A stretch of 64,000 nucleotides of DNA from Candidatus Nomurabacteria bacterium (GCA_023898465.1 CP060223.1:160001-224000), one strand, 5' to 3'. Counted from the stretch's first letter, positions 9,127 through 19,418 are shown. Numbers and translations are program-made. The notes: generated by a model not told the origin, from the sequence alone.

Positions 9127-12100
9127 ATGAAATTCTTTTTGAGACTTACAGGTCGGATGCGAGAAAAAAGGGGACTAGGTCCGACTGTGCTTGTGAGTGT
9201 CTTTATTGTTGCCGCACTGGTACTTTTCTTTCCTGAGAGTCGCGCCTATGCCGCAAGCACGGGAGATAAGGTAGCACTCTTCTTTATTGAGAATTTCATG
9301 TACCCGGTGGTGCAGTTTTTGGCGAACGTATTGATTGTGGTAATAAATATCCTCGTCGCCGTTGCGCAGTACAATGGATTTATCAATGCTCCGGCAGTAG
9401 AAAAAGGTTGGGTGATTGTACGCGATCTCTCCAACATGTTTTTCATTGTCTTTTTGCTTATTATTGCGTTTGGTACCATATTTAAAATCGAAGCGTATCG
9501 TTACAATCGCATTCTTGGTAAGCTAGTTATTTTTGCTTTCTTGATTAACTTTTCAAAGTTTGTTGCTGGATTTTGGATAGACATCGGACAGGTGATCATG
9601 TTGACCTTTGTGAACGGGTTTAAGGACGCAGCAGCTGGTAATTTAGCCTCCGGTCTGGGATTAGACAAAACGCTAGAACTTTCAAACAGTCCACTTCAGA
9701 ACATTGACATCACGAGCAAAGCGCTTTATGGCGCTATTATTCTTGCCTTAATCCTCCTAGGGATTGCCGTTGTAGTGACGCTCATTATTACGGTGTTGTT
9801 GCTTTATCGTATTGTGATGTTATGGATATTGATTGTTTTTTCGCCTTTGGCTTTCCTTACCCGTATTTTTCCAAATACGACCAAATACTCTGATCAGTGG
9901 TGGGGTGAGTTTAATAAGAACATCATTGTTGGACCGGTGCTCGCCTTTTTTCTCTGGCTTTCATTAACTGTTATTGCAACAAGCAATGGAAATCTTGCCA
10001 CAGACTTTCAGTCAGTAAGTACGCAAGAGACTACCGGATTATTAGGCACGGCAAATGAGGCTGGTGAAGGCACTGGTCAGACGATTTCCGCCGCCATCAC
10101 TACGATAGGTGAGTCTGATCGTCTACTTTCCTACATGATTACCATTGGTCTCTTGTTAGGCTCTTTGCAAGCTGCACAACAACTCGGTGCTGCTGGGGGT
10201 CGCTGGGCCGGTTCAATGTCAGAGAAACTGAAGACCGGTGGTTTAAGTGCGGCCGGTGTTCTGAGCGGAGTAGCTGCGGCTCGACTTGCCTTACGAGGAG
10301 GAAAGGCTGGTGCAGAGCGTGTCGGGAGTACCGCATGGCGAACTGCGGTTACGAAATCAAAGGTAGGCAATCGACAGATACTGGCACCTTTAACCAGGAA
10401 ATACTGGGAAGGGTATGCACAGCGTGGGGCTGAGCAGCAGCAAGTCCTTGATCGTCGCATGATGGCCCGTGGGCGCACCATGGCTGATATTGTCCGTGAA
10501 ACCAAGCTCTATGGTGGTGGCGGTGACTTAGCCGTGGGCACCTACATTGAAGACACTGAACGCGCCTTGATTAACGAGGGCTATAATGAAAAACAAAAAA
10601 GTTTAGGAAAAAATCCTAGCTCGGAAAAGGTTGTTCAAGAAATGTGGAGCGCCAAAGCACAAAAAGGTGAACAAGGTATTACTTCAAAAAACAGTGGAGC
10701 GCTTCTGGGTGCTAGAAATGGAAATTGGGACGATCTTAACCAAATGATGTTTTTTAATAAGGAGCTTAAATCAAACATTGAAAAATACGGGCCTGACCCT
10801 GATCAAATCCCTGCAGACGTAAAAAGTAAGCTACTTGAAGAATGGGGCTTTAGTACTGATAGTGCCATTGATGAATGGGAAGATGTGGTGAATGAAAGTT
10901 CGAAACACATGCGTGTCATTATGATGAATTATCTAGGCCTGTCACGTAAGTATGATCCAGAATATCTAGCGGCTCAGGAAGCACAAAAGAGAGGGAAGAA
11001 CATCCATATCATGCGTCGTGAAGGCGAGGCTGGTGACGCAGGTGCTGCAAAAGAATATAAAGAAATTATGCAAAAATCCCAGCAACAAGCTATGAACGAA
11101 GCTAAAAACGCTGGAATTGATGATCGCAATCGACTCATAGCCTTACAGTGGGCCGGTGATGAAGCACTTAGTGTGGGTCAGCACGTTGAACAGCGACATG
11201 GACTCTTTAATGAAGAAGAGGGGTATAGCTATATTGGCACCCTAGAAAAAATGGCAGATGATTCTTACGGTCTGCTGAACAAAACAGAATCATCCAAAGT
11301 TATGGAGCGCATGTCGCCTCATGCCATTACTCCGCGCTATTTTGATACGGAAACAGGTGAGATAGACTATAATACTGACGCATCTGAATGGAGCGAGATT
11401 GGGAAACGGATGTTTAAATTCTTTGGTAAGTTTACCAACCGTGAAATTGGACGAATGTCGGGCCGTGTCGGTGAACAAATTATTGGACTTGATGGTGTTG
11501 TAGGAAAGAAAAATGTAATCTTTGATGCAAAAGGTCAATTTTACGAAGGCGAAGGAACAGATGAAGAAAAGAAAGCGCGTCGAGCTGAATCACAACGTCG
11601 GTGGGAGGCTATGTATAGTCAAGACTCACTTTCCGCGAAGAAATTATATATGAAGGTGTTTACCGGAAGTGCTGACGGATTTAAGGATTGGGATAAAGGT
11701 GGACAAACAATAAAAGGATGGACTCCTCCAGCACCGACAGAGGCGGAAAAAGCAGCTGTAAAAAAAGCTGAGGCTGAGGAAAATACAGAGACGGCTAATA
11801 AGGCAACAGGTGAAGAAAAAACATCTACGTCCGATACCGCGCAAAAAGATGAAACTAAATCGCCCGGAGGAGTGGTTTTGACTCCAGGTGCTCAGTTTAA
11901 GGCAGAACAAGAGGGGGAGGTAAAAACATCAGATAGAAGTAGTCAAACTCCTTCAGTAGAGCCTAGTGCTGATGAAAAAGCGCCTTATAATCGAGAACAT
12001 ATGCAAGCCTCTGATAGTTATGGCAGATTGGCGAATTCTTTGACCGCCTATCATGATGAATTGCCAAAATCGGCTGATGAGTTACGTACAACTATTAGCG

Positions 12101-12345
12101 AGCTTGGTCGTAACGTAACAGATGCGGTTGATCGTTTGAATAATATTCAGAGCAATGTAAAAGCTCCAGACTTAAAAAATGAAATAGGCGGTCTGGTAGA
12201 TAAATTGAAGACCCATCAGGAAAACGGAGAATCAATTCGCTTTAATCGAACCCCGGCTGATGAGCAGCGAGAATTCTTTAAGCGCAGTACAGAATTACTT
12301 GGTGAGGTGGGTAAGGTAATAAAAAAGTCAGTTAAAGAAAAGTAG
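9127..12345 (+). CDS. Polytopic membrane protein with a long hydrophilic coiled/charged C-terminal domain. It is VirB6/TrbL-like by architecture and context.
   Basis: It has a signal-like N-terminus plus at least six hydrophobic helices in the first ~300 aa, followed by ~750 aa of hydrophilic K/E-rich sequence. It lies upstream of the VirB3-like and VirB4 genes in the same operon. The VirB6 assignment is inference from topology. No diagnostic motif was verified. Confidence 0.45.
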   Translation: MKFFLRLTGRMREKRGLGPTVLVSVFIVAALVLFFPESRAYAASTGDKVALFFIENFMYPVVQFLANVLIVVINILVAVAQYNGFINAPAVEKGWVIVRDLSNMFFIVFLLIIAFGTIFKIEAYRYNRILGKLVIFAFLINFSKFVAGFWIDIGQVIMLTFVNGFKDAAAGNLASGLGLDKTLELSNSPLQNIDITSKALYGAIILALILLGIAVVVTLIITVLLLYRIVMLWILIVFSPLAFLTRIFPNTTKYSDQWWGEFNKNIIVGPVLAFFLWLSLTVIATSNGNLATDFQSVSTQETTGLLGTANEAGEGTGQTISAAITTIGESDRLLSYMITIGLLLGSLQAAQQLGAAGGRWAGSMSEKLKTGGLSAAGVLSGVAAARLALRGGKAGAERVGSTAWRTAVTKSKVGNRQILAPLTRKYWEGYAQRGAEQQQVLDRRMMARGRTMADIVRETKLYGGGGDLAVGTYIEDTERALINEGYNEKQKSLGKNPSSEKVVQEMWSAKAQKGEQGITSKNSGALLGARNGNWDDLNQMMFFNKELKSNIEKYGPDPDQIPADVKSKLLEEWGFSTDSAIDEWEDVVNESSKHMRVIMMNYLGLSRKYDPEYLAAQEAQKRGKNIHIMRREGEAGDAGAAKEYKEIMQKSQQQAMNEAKNAGIDDRNRLIALQWAGDEALSVGQHVEQRHGLFNEEEGYSYIGTLEKMADDSYGLLNKTESSKVMERMSPHAITPRYFDTETGEIDYNTDASEWSEIGKRMFKFFGKFTNREIGRMSGRVGEQIIGLDGVVGKKNVIFDAKGQFYEGEGTDEEKKARRAESQRRWEAMYSQDSLSAKKLYMKVFTGSADGFKDWDKGGQTIKGWTPPAPTEAEKAAVKKAEAEENTETANKATGEEKTSTSDTAQKDETKSPGGVVLTPGAQFKAEQEGEVKTSDRSSQTPSVEPSADEKAPYNREHMQASDSYGRLANSLTAYHDELPKSADELRTTISELGRNVTDAVDRLNNIQSNVKAPDLKNEIGGLVDKLKTHQENGESIRFNRTPADEQREFFKRSTELLGEVGKVIKKSVKEK

Positions 12346-12351
12346 TTTTTT

Positions 12352-13755
12352 ATGGTTACCTTTGAAGATTTTTACGAATATCACGACGTAGAGCGTCTAT
12401 CAGTCGAGGAAGTACAAAAGGCTGAGGTGTTAGCGGCTATTCGTGACGCATTAACACATGCCTGGTATCAAACCCAGCCTGGTAAGGCTCATTCGGTCCT
12501 TAGTTTTATCGACCAAAAATTTTCTACAATACCAAAGAGTACACTTCCTGAAGAGATAAAAACGCTCCTTTTTCAAATACAATGTATTGTCGAATTTTCT
12601 TCTCTCCCTTCCACCAGTCCGGAAGAAGTTCAAGAATACATGCAAAAGAAATCTCGGGTACCTCTTTTCATTGAAGAGCTTGAATTACAGGACATCATGC
12701 CGAGACTCATCCAGGTGCATTTAGGCTTCCCTGATTTGTTCTTACGTTGGTTTGGATCGGCAGTACAAGGCTTGCGAGCAGGTGAGCAAGAGATCGGCAA
12801 TTCTCGCATCCAATTGTTTAATGGTAAGGTGAGTAGTCCAACAATAGGCTCGTGGACGCAGGACTATGAACGATTTGCCGAAAATCATCCGGCTGATGGT
12901 GACGTAGTTATTGCTGAGTACATGACCAAGAGTCCGAATATTCGTTCCTTGGAAGATTCGGATAAAGCAGCCATTCGTAAGCTCTTTACTTGGTTTAACC
13001 TTTTATCAATCGATCAAAGTCCAATTTTGAGGGTGTCAGAGGCCAGTCGCCCGCGAGTAAGTCCTTCTAGTGTGTCAAAAATACCAGATACTCTTACACA
13101 AGAGCCAGATAATGATGTACTTGCACCAGTTGCCCCACAAAAGAGTATGGGTAAAATAAAACCTGTTCAAAGTGCAGCACAAGAGAAGCCGGAGCGAGAC
13201 GTGAGTCCACAAGAGTTATTACTCACTAATCTGCATAATTCAAGCAACCTAGTTGAGCGCTTTGAACGTTTAGAAAAAGATTTGCCCCCGGCTGGACCAA
13301 AGAGCATTATGCAACTTACTGCATTGGCGGAAAAAGCCTTAGCAGGGCAGGAGAAGTCAGGTCGTGTAATCGCTGGAATATTTCAAATAGTGCGAGCAAG
13401 GGGATTACAAGCCTTACTGAGCGACGCTTCATTTGTGAACCTTATGCGTAAGACAATGGCGCCGGAATTAGAGCAGCGTCTGCGCCTTACGCATGACCAG
13501 GCCGTGCAGGTAAGCGATTCACCGGCCAATCGCATGGTGATCTTAAAAGAGTTTTTTAAGGCTCTCTTTAATACTGCCACCGGATCTGAGGCTGATGCGG
13601 CACGCTTAATGGTGCATGTGGCAAGTATTGTGCCAGAAACAATGGCTGGTCCAGAAGCAGGTTTTGCCTATTTTGATATGAGCGACCAGCATTTCCACTG
13701 GTCTTTGACTGAAGTGCGCTCAGCCGATGGTGTGCTTCGTAACAGAATTCCGTAG
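12352..13755 (+). CDS. Hypothetical cytoplasmic protein within the T4SS-like operon.
   Basis: A 467-aa ORF with no TM segments and no motifs I recognise. Confidence 0.6.
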   Translation: MVTFEDFYEYHDVERLSVEEVQKAEVLAAIRDALTHAWYQTQPGKAHSVLSFIDQKFSTIPKSTLPEEIKTLLFQIQCIVEFSSLPSTSPEEVQEYMQKKSRVPLFIEELELQDIMPRLIQVHLGFPDLFLRWFGSAVQGLRAGEQEIGNSRIQLFNGKVSSPTIGSWTQDYERFAENHPADGDVVIAEYMTKSPNIRSLEDSDKAAIRKLFTWFNLLSIDQSPILRVSEASRPRVSPSSVSKIPDTLTQEPDNDVLAPVAPQKSMGKIKPVQSAAQEKPERDVSPQELLLTNLHNSSNLVERFERLEKDLPPAGPKSIMQLTALAEKALAGQEKSGRVIAGIFQIVRARGLQALLSDASFVNLMRKTMAPELEQRLRLTHDQAVQVSDSPANRMVILKEFFKALFNTATGSEADAARLMVHVASIVPETMAGPEAGFAYFDMSDQHFHWSLTEVRSADGVLRNRIP

Positions 13756-13772
13756 CCACAAAGCCCTCTTCC

Positions 13773-14102
13773 ATGCGGTTGACTTTTGCATTTCCGAGAA
13801 ACATGAATACATGGAGCCTTATGCGGCGTTTAGGGTATAGTCCAGATCGCCGGACAGGCTTCCCAGCCCAGCGTTCCGCAGCTCAGGAATCTAGCTATCA
13901 ACGACGATTGGGTCGATTGGTATACCCCCGATTTCATGTGTACGTAAACCAGGACAGCTCCGATCTTCTTGTGCTCAATATTCACGTAGATATGAAGAAA
14001 ACAAGCTATGAGGGTAGTCACGCTCATTCAGGTGAGTATGATGGACCTTTATTAGAAGAGGAAGCAGCTCGAATTCAGCAATATATCAGCGCAAGCCGCT
14101 AG
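13773..14102 (+). CDS. Small hypothetical protein whose start is uncertain.
   Basis: A 109-aa ORF in an otherwise intergenic 513-nt gap. It has a non-random C-terminal segment (HVYVNQDSSDLLVLNIHVD...YEGSHAHSGEYDGPLLEEEAARIQQY) and no recognised family. It could be non-coding. Confidence 0.35.
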   Translation: MRLTFAFPRNMNTWSLMRRLGYSPDRRTGFPAQRSAAQESSYQRRLGRLVYPRFHVYVNQDSSDLLVLNIHVDMKKTSYEGSHAHSGEYDGPLLEEEAARIQQYISASR

Positions 14103-14158
14103 TTTTTGAAGCTAAAGACAGCTTGAGATAAATAGGCGATGTTTTTTATTTCTATTAC

Positions 14159-14187
14159 TTGGAATTTTCATAGCATTGTGGTATATT
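14159..14187 (+). promoter_or_regulatory. Sigma70-like promoter upstream of the 14269 gene.
   Basis: TTGGAA is followed by a 17-nt spacer and TATATT (-35 at 14159-14164, -10 at 14182-14187), inside an AT-rich gap about 80 nt upstream of the ATG. Confidence 0.5.
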
Positions 14188-14268
14188 ATCCCTAGTTATT
14201 CTCATACCAAAAACCTGTTTTTACGAGGAATTTGGATCAACTAAGGGGCGAACCGCAAAAAAGAAAAG

Positions 14269-15606
14269 ATGATAGATCTCGCAACGATTAATGCCAGTAC
14301 GATTGCTCAGCCGAAAACGCTGGAAGCAGTACGTGCAGAAGTCGATGATGTTGTCTCGCTAGGTGATGTATCGCGGGCAGGGGTTTTGTTATCGTATTTA
14401 CAGCGACAACTTCCCCAATCTCCAAATGATCCAATACGTAACAATTATCAAGAAATACTTCAATCGCTTGAACGGCTTGTTGGAGAGGCAAATCCCGCGG
14501 ATGATGCGCTCATTTCAGAAGAACGTACTCGTGTAGCAGTAAGAGATTCTTCGGGCAAGGTACAGCTCTTTAGTCATGGTCGCTTCCAGAGTCCAGAAGA
14601 GCAAAAACAGCAATTGCGCGAGCGTCCTTCCACTCCTCCGAGCTTCCGGAAGAGCATTGGAAATGTACAAAATAGTACTGAATCGCGAGCCGCGCAAAAG
14701 TCAGTCCCTGTTTCCTTTGATGTTCCGGAGGATGAAGAAGAGATTCGAGAGCATACCAATCGACTTTCCGGACTGCGTTTAAATGATCAGCATAATTATG
14801 AGGCAATGGTGGAGAGTATTATCTCCCATCATCATTTAGAGTTCCCAGATGAGCAGCTAGCGAAACGTTTCAGCACTATTGCAATCTCACGTTTGAAGGG
14901 TATTCGTGATGACAAAGAGGCAAAAGAAATCTTTACTCGTTCGCCAAAGGTCGGTGGCATGGGATTGGCGCCGGAATTAGCCGATGCGGTGCTGCAGTCT
15001 TTGGAGTCAGGCGCTGAAGTGCTTGATGAAAGCTTGCCTGAGGTGCATCCTCAACAGAAAGCGCACGTTCCGACGCCTACACCTCCAGCACCTTCGCGAG
15101 TGCTGCCACATCTAGCAAATCAGCCTACCAAGGTGATGGCGCATCAGGCTATCCCTACGCCGCCTCGTACGCAAACACCAGCAGCAACATCATCTGAGTC
15201 ACGCAAAGTACTTCCTAAGCGTCAAACAGTGCAGGCGAGCGGTCGTCCAACTTTAGACGATATTAAATCTCCTTCGCGTCGACTGGTTGGTCCGGTTGAG
15301 GAGTTGCAGCACCTAAGTCTAGAGGATTTTCGTAATTGGGGATCTACTCCAGCGGATAGTGTACGAAAAGTGTATGAGAAAATTGCCGTGCTTGGACAAG
15401 AATCATTTGGCAAACGCATTGAGGGTGTACAAGCCTGGCGTCAGAGTCCGGTGCATCAACTTTACTTATCCATTAGTCGTGAGAGTTTAGAAAAGGGGAC
15501 GGATGTGAGTAAAGTGATTAGTGAGCGGACGCAGCAAAATAAAGCCTCCTTGAGTGAGGCAGAGTTTCATGCGGTAGTTGATTTAAATACTAAGCTTCGT
15601 TTCTAA
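14269..15606 (+). CDS. Hypothetical protein with a Pro-rich middle region.
   Basis: A 445-aa ORF with a Pro/Thr-rich low-complexity segment (PTPTPPAPSRVLPHLANQPTKVMAHQAIPTPPRTQTPAATSS) and no TM. Confidence 0.6.
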   Translation: MIDLATINASTIAQPKTLEAVRAEVDDVVSLGDVSRAGVLLSYLQRQLPQSPNDPIRNNYQEILQSLERLVGEANPADDALISEERTRVAVRDSSGKVQLFSHGRFQSPEEQKQQLRERPSTPPSFRKSIGNVQNSTESRAAQKSVPVSFDVPEDEEEIREHTNRLSGLRLNDQHNYEAMVESIISHHHLEFPDEQLAKRFSTIAISRLKGIRDDKEAKEIFTRSPKVGGMGLAPELADAVLQSLESGAEVLDESLPEVHPQQKAHVPTPTPPAPSRVLPHLANQPTKVMAHQAIPTPPRTQTPAATSSESRKVLPKRQTVQASGRPTLDDIKSPSRRLVGPVEELQHLSLEDFRNWGSTPADSVRKVYEKIAVLGQESFGKRIEGVQAWRQSPVHQLYLSISRESLEKGTDVSKVISERTQQNKASLSEAEFHAVVDLNTKLRF

Positions 15607-16118
15607 TGCAGTTTGTTGTACCTCAATTCATCGACGTAGAGGATAAAGTCATCGGGCCAATATCAGTGCGGCAGTTTATTCTGCTACTCGTTGGCGCTGG
15701 CATGATTTTCTTAGAGTACGAATTAATTTACCAGTTAAATAACAACATTTGGGTCTTTCTCTTTAGCGCAATTATTACTGGTTTGTTGGACATCGTTTTT
15801 GCCTTTGTGAAGGTGAACGGACGACCTTTTCATTTTTTTCTCCTCAACTTCTTAGTGACCATGCGTGATCCACGTTTACGTATCTGGAGTAAAGAAGTGA
15901 GCCTAAAGGATTTAAAGCGTGAACAGGCAAATGCAAATCCAGTTCAGACGGTAGTGGAGCCAACCAAAAAGTCGCTCACACCCTCAAAGTTGGCAATGCT
16001 TTCTTTGGTTGTTGATACTGGAGGAGCCTTTAAAGCTCCACAGAAGATTCGCGAGGGAAGTGTGAGCGTGAAGCGCGATGAGGCCCCCTCGTTAAGTGAT
16101 GATGAGTTTCGCAGTTAA
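15606..16118 (+). CDS. Small two-TM membrane protein, VirB3/PrgI-like by position.
   Basis: A 170-aa ORF with two hydrophobic helices near the N-terminus (FILLLVGAGMIFLEY...WVFLFSAIITGLLDIVFAF). It sits immediately upstream of the VirB4 genes, as in Gram-positive-type T4SS loci. Its start overlaps the previous gene's stop. Confidence 0.5.
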   Translation: MQFVVPQFIDVEDKVIGPISVRQFILLLVGAGMIFLEYELIYQLNNNIWVFLFSAIITGLLDIVFAFVKVNGRPFHFFLLNFLVTMRDPRLRIWSKEVSLKDLKREQANANPVQTVVEPTKKSLTPSKLAMLSLVVDTGGAFKAPQKIREGSVSVKRDEAPSLSDDEFRS

Positions 16119-16127
16119 TATATTGTT

Positions 16128-16829
16128 ATGGCAGCAAAAAAAATTCAGGACAACAAAAAGAAGCGATCAGTAACGCCAACCCAGCGTTATATCGATATTC
16201 TTGAAGTGAAGGATGATATTGTCGTTCTAAAAGATGGCACGATTCGAGCTGTCCTTTTAGTATCCTCAATTAACTTTGCCCTGAAGTCAGAAGAAGAACA
16301 GAATGCGGTGATCGCCAGCTATACCCAGTTCTTAAACTCTTTAGACTTCTCTATTCAAATCGTTATCCAGTCTCGCCGTTTAAATATTGATGACTACCTC
16401 GAGCGATTAAAGCAGAGTGAGCGAGCGCAACGTAACGAGCTCCTCCGCATGCAGACAAGAGAGTATCGAGAGTATATTGCCGAGCTGATAGATATTGCCG
16501 ACTTAATGGCGAAGCGTTTCTACGTTGTTGTGCCATTTATGCCGCACTCTGATAAACCAAAACGTTTCTTCTCGCGCATACTTGAGGCAGTATCGCCATC
16601 GACAGTTATTCACCTTAAACAGCAGCAGTTTCTCACTTATCGCAGCGAACTTATGAAGCGGGTTGATTATGTTATTGATGGCTTGAGCGCAGCTGGCTTA
16701 AAGGCGGTTATGCTTGATACGCAGAGTTTAATTGAATTGTATTACAATACCTACAATCCAGAATCAGTTGGCCAGCAAAAGTTTGCTGATCTCTCAAAGG
16801 TAAATGTAGAAGGAGGCGGCAATGCCTGA
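16128..16829 (+). CDS. VirB4-family N-terminal domain protein. This is the stand-alone N-terminal half of a split VirB4.
   Basis: A 233-aa ORF. The segment DDIVVLKDGTIRAVLLVSSINFALKSEEEQNAVIASYTQFLNSLDFSIQIVIQSRRLNIDDYL resembles the conserved N-terminal region of VirB4/TraC/PrgJ-type ATPases. It ends at a TGA that overlaps the start of the ATPase ORF. Confidence 0.55.
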   Translation: MAAKKIQDNKKKRSVTPTQRYIDILEVKDDIVVLKDGTIRAVLLVSSINFALKSEEEQNAVIASYTQFLNSLDFSIQIVIQSRRLNIDDYLERLKQSERAQRNELLRMQTREYREYIAELIDIADLMAKRFYVVVPFMPHSDKPKRFFSRILEAVSPSTVIHLKQQQFLTYRSELMKRVDYVIDGLSAAGLKAVMLDTQSLIELYYNTYNPESVGQQKFADLSKVNVEGGGNA

Positions 16830-18801
16830 TATTGATTTTTCCAAAGCAGCTGGCCAGACGCCTTCACCCTCGCCTTTACCAAAGTCAGAGCGGCAACGTC
16901 AGCAAGATGAGCGACTAGAGGCCGAGCAGGAGCGCGAACTACTTGAGGCTGAGCGGGTCTATCGAGCTGGAGTAGTTACTGTTCGCGATTTAATTGCTCC
17001 GGCGGCCATGAAAGTAGAGGCAGACTTCCTGCGATTGGGAAGTCAGTATGTCCGTACTCTCTTTGTTGTTTCATACCCGCGCTATATTACTGTTGGCTGG
17101 TTTGCGCCGATTATTAATTTCAATATCCCGCTAGATATCAGCATGTTCTTCTATCCGATTGAGTCAGCGGTTATTTTGAAGCAGTTGCGAAATAAGGTGG
17201 GTGTACTTGAAGCACAAATTATTTCCGATGCTGAGAAGGGCGCCCCGCGTGATCCAGTACGAGAGACAGCGCTTCGTGATATTGAAAAATTGCGAGATGA
17301 CTTAACGCAAGGTACAGAAAAGTTTTTTCAATTTGCGCTTTACGTAACCATTTACTCTTCGCGTAAAGACCACCTTGATTTACTGACAGAAAAGATCGAA
17401 TCAATTTTAGGAGGTCGATTAATTTACTCTAAGCGTGCCTTCTTCCAGGCTGAGCAAGGTTTCCACTCGACGCTTCCCCTAGGGAGTGATCAACTGCAGG
17501 TGACCTATAACATGAGTTCATCGCCGATTGCGTCGTCTTTCCCCTTCATTTCCTCTGATCTCACCTCAGATAATGGTATTCTCTACGGCATTAATCGCCA
17601 CAACAACAGCTTGATTCTCTTTGATCGTTTCAGCTTGCAGAACGCAAACTTTGTTGTCTTCGCCACGGCTGGAGCTGGTAAGAGCTACGCCATCAAGCTA
17701 GAGATTTTGCGTAGCTTAATGTTGGGCGCCGATGTCATCGTGGTAGATCCAGAAATGGAATATCGTCACTTATCTGATGCCGTTGGAGGGACCTACATTA
17801 ATATATCCCTGAATTCGGATTCAAAGATTAACCCCTTTGACCTACCGCGCCCGTCTCGCGAAGATGAAAAACCGGCTGATATTATTCGTTCCGCCGTTAT
17901 TACCTTAAAGTCTCTCATTCGTCTGATGTTGGGCGAGTTAAATCACGAAGAAGATTCTTTGATTGACCGGGCATTATTAGAGACGTACGCGAAGAAGGAT
18001 ATTACCCCAGATTCAGATTTGCAGAATATAGACCCGCCACTTATGAAGGATTTTGAAGAGGTCTTAGGCGATATGGTGGGAACAGAAGATCTCGTGCAGC
18101 GTTTGAAAAAATACACTGAAGGTACTTTTGCCGGCCTCTTTAACAGCGCTACAAATATTGAATTAAATAATCAGCTCGTAGTGTTCTCGGTACGTGATCT
18201 CGAGGATGAATTACGACCAATCGGAATTTCCACAATTGTCTCTTATATTTGGAATATTGTACGTTCTCAACTGAAGCGTCGCATCCTCGTGATTGATGAG
18301 GCGTGGTGGCTCATGCAACATGAGGACTCAGCTAAGTTTATTTATGCTTTAGTGAAGCGATGTCGTAAATATTATCTTGGAGTAACGACTATTACGCAGG
18401 ATGTGAATGACTTCTTGCGATCACCCTATGGCCAAGCGATTGTAAACAACTCCGCTTTACAGTTACTTATGAAGCAATCGCCAGCCGGTATTGATATCGT
18501 GCAGAAGACTTTCTTGCTCACTCAAGGTGAAAAGTATCTCTTACTTGAGTGTAATGTAGGTGAGGGTATTTTCTTCGCTGGAGCAAAACACGCGGCTATT
18601 AAAGTTGTAGCGAGTTATACCGAGGACCAAATTATTACCTCTGATCCACGCCAGCTCCTAGAGATCGAACAAGCTAAGGAAGAATTCGATGAAGCTTATG
18701 CGGCCGGTCAAACTGATTTGCCGCAAGATCAATTCGGCACAGCAAAAAATGAGCCACTCGAAGCAAAGCGTTCGCTAAGTGATACGGAGGGCTTAGGTTA
18801 G
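16822..18801 (+). CDS. virB4: VirB4/TrbE/CagE-family type IV secretion ATPase (C-terminal ATPase portion).
   Basis: Walker A is VVFATAGAGKSYAIK. Walker B and the DEAW motif are RILVIDEAWWLM. The N-terminal 60 aa form a disordered Q/E-rich linker. A perfect AGGAGG Shine-Dalgarno lies 5 nt upstream of the ATG. Confidence 0.85.
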   Translation: MPDIDFSKAAGQTPSPSPLPKSERQRQQDERLEAEQERELLEAERVYRAGVVTVRDLIAPAAMKVEADFLRLGSQYVRTLFVVSYPRYITVGWFAPIINFNIPLDISMFFYPIESAVILKQLRNKVGVLEAQIISDAEKGAPRDPVRETALRDIEKLRDDLTQGTEKFFQFALYVTIYSSRKDHLDLLTEKIESILGGRLIYSKRAFFQAEQGFHSTLPLGSDQLQVTYNMSSSPIASSFPFISSDLTSDNGILYGINRHNNSLILFDRFSLQNANFVVFATAGAGKSYAIKLEILRSLMLGADVIVVDPEMEYRHLSDAVGGTYINISLNSDSKINPFDLPRPSREDEKPADIIRSAVITLKSLIRLMLGELNHEEDSLIDRALLETYAKKDITPDSDLQNIDPPLMKDFEEVLGDMVGTEDLVQRLKKYTEGTFAGLFNSATNIELNNQLVVFSVRDLEDELRPIGISTIVSYIWNIVRSQLKRRILVIDEAWWLMQHEDSAKFIYALVKRCRKYYLGVTTITQDVNDFLRSPYGQAIVNNSALQLLMKQSPAGIDIVQKTFLLTQGEKYLLLECNVGEGIFFAGAKHAAIKVVASYTEDQIITSDPRQLLEIEQAKEEFDEAYAAGQTDLPQDQFGTAKNEPLEAKRSLSDTEGLG

Positions 18802-18817
18802 CATTAACCTCAAATTT

Positions 18818-19396
18818 ATGCGTAGAATTTTTATCATCATCATCGCGCTTGTACTCTTGATTACCATTGCTGCCCTCATTCTCATCTGGATTGGTGGGGG
18901 AGACGCTTTTAATACCAACGAAAACACCAACACCACAACAAATACTAGCTTGCCGCTTGCAAATACAAATACCACAGTAAACAATAACGTGAATTCGAGT
19001 GTAGATGTTTCCCCTCAGAGCACCTTAATCGGTCAAGGGCGAAGTTTTGCCGAGCGATATGCCAGCTGGTCTCGAGCCGACTTTGATGAGTATATTAGTA
19101 GTCTCAGCGCCTGGATTACTCCTTCCTTCGCAACCGTGCTACAAACAGATAATGAAGCTCTTGATGCGGCAAAAACCGTTCAGTCGGTATCAAGTCGTGT
19201 ATTAACTAGCTCCTATAAGTCCTGGGAAGAGGATAGCTCAGCAAGTATTTCATTTGTGATGGATCGCACAGAACGACGCGACAATGAGCCAGATGCTCAC
19301 TATTATGAAACCTTGGTACTTGACTATACTTTCCTAAATGGAGAGTGGATGGTAAATGGAGCAAGTTGGCAGCCATCACGAGTCCAGCCTGAATAA
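18818..19396 (+). CDS. Membrane-anchored protein with an N/T-rich linker and a C-terminal globular domain (possible VirB8-like component).
   Basis: It has an N-terminal TM (IFIIIIALVLLITIAALILIWIG), a TNTNT-type low-complexity linker, then about 130 aa of globular sequence. The VirB8 analogy rests on size and topology only. Confidence 0.4.
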   Translation: MRRIFIIIIALVLLITIAALILIWIGGGDAFNTNENTNTTTNTSLPLANTNTTVNNNVNSSVDVSPQSTLIGQGRSFAERYASWSRADFDEYISSLSAWITPSFATVLQTDNEALDAAKTVQSVSSRVLTSSYKSWEEDSSASISFVMDRTERRDNEPDAHYYETLVLDYTFLNGEWMVNGASWQPSRVQPE

Positions 19397-19418
19397 TCAG
19401 AATCTTTGCAGTATTTTC

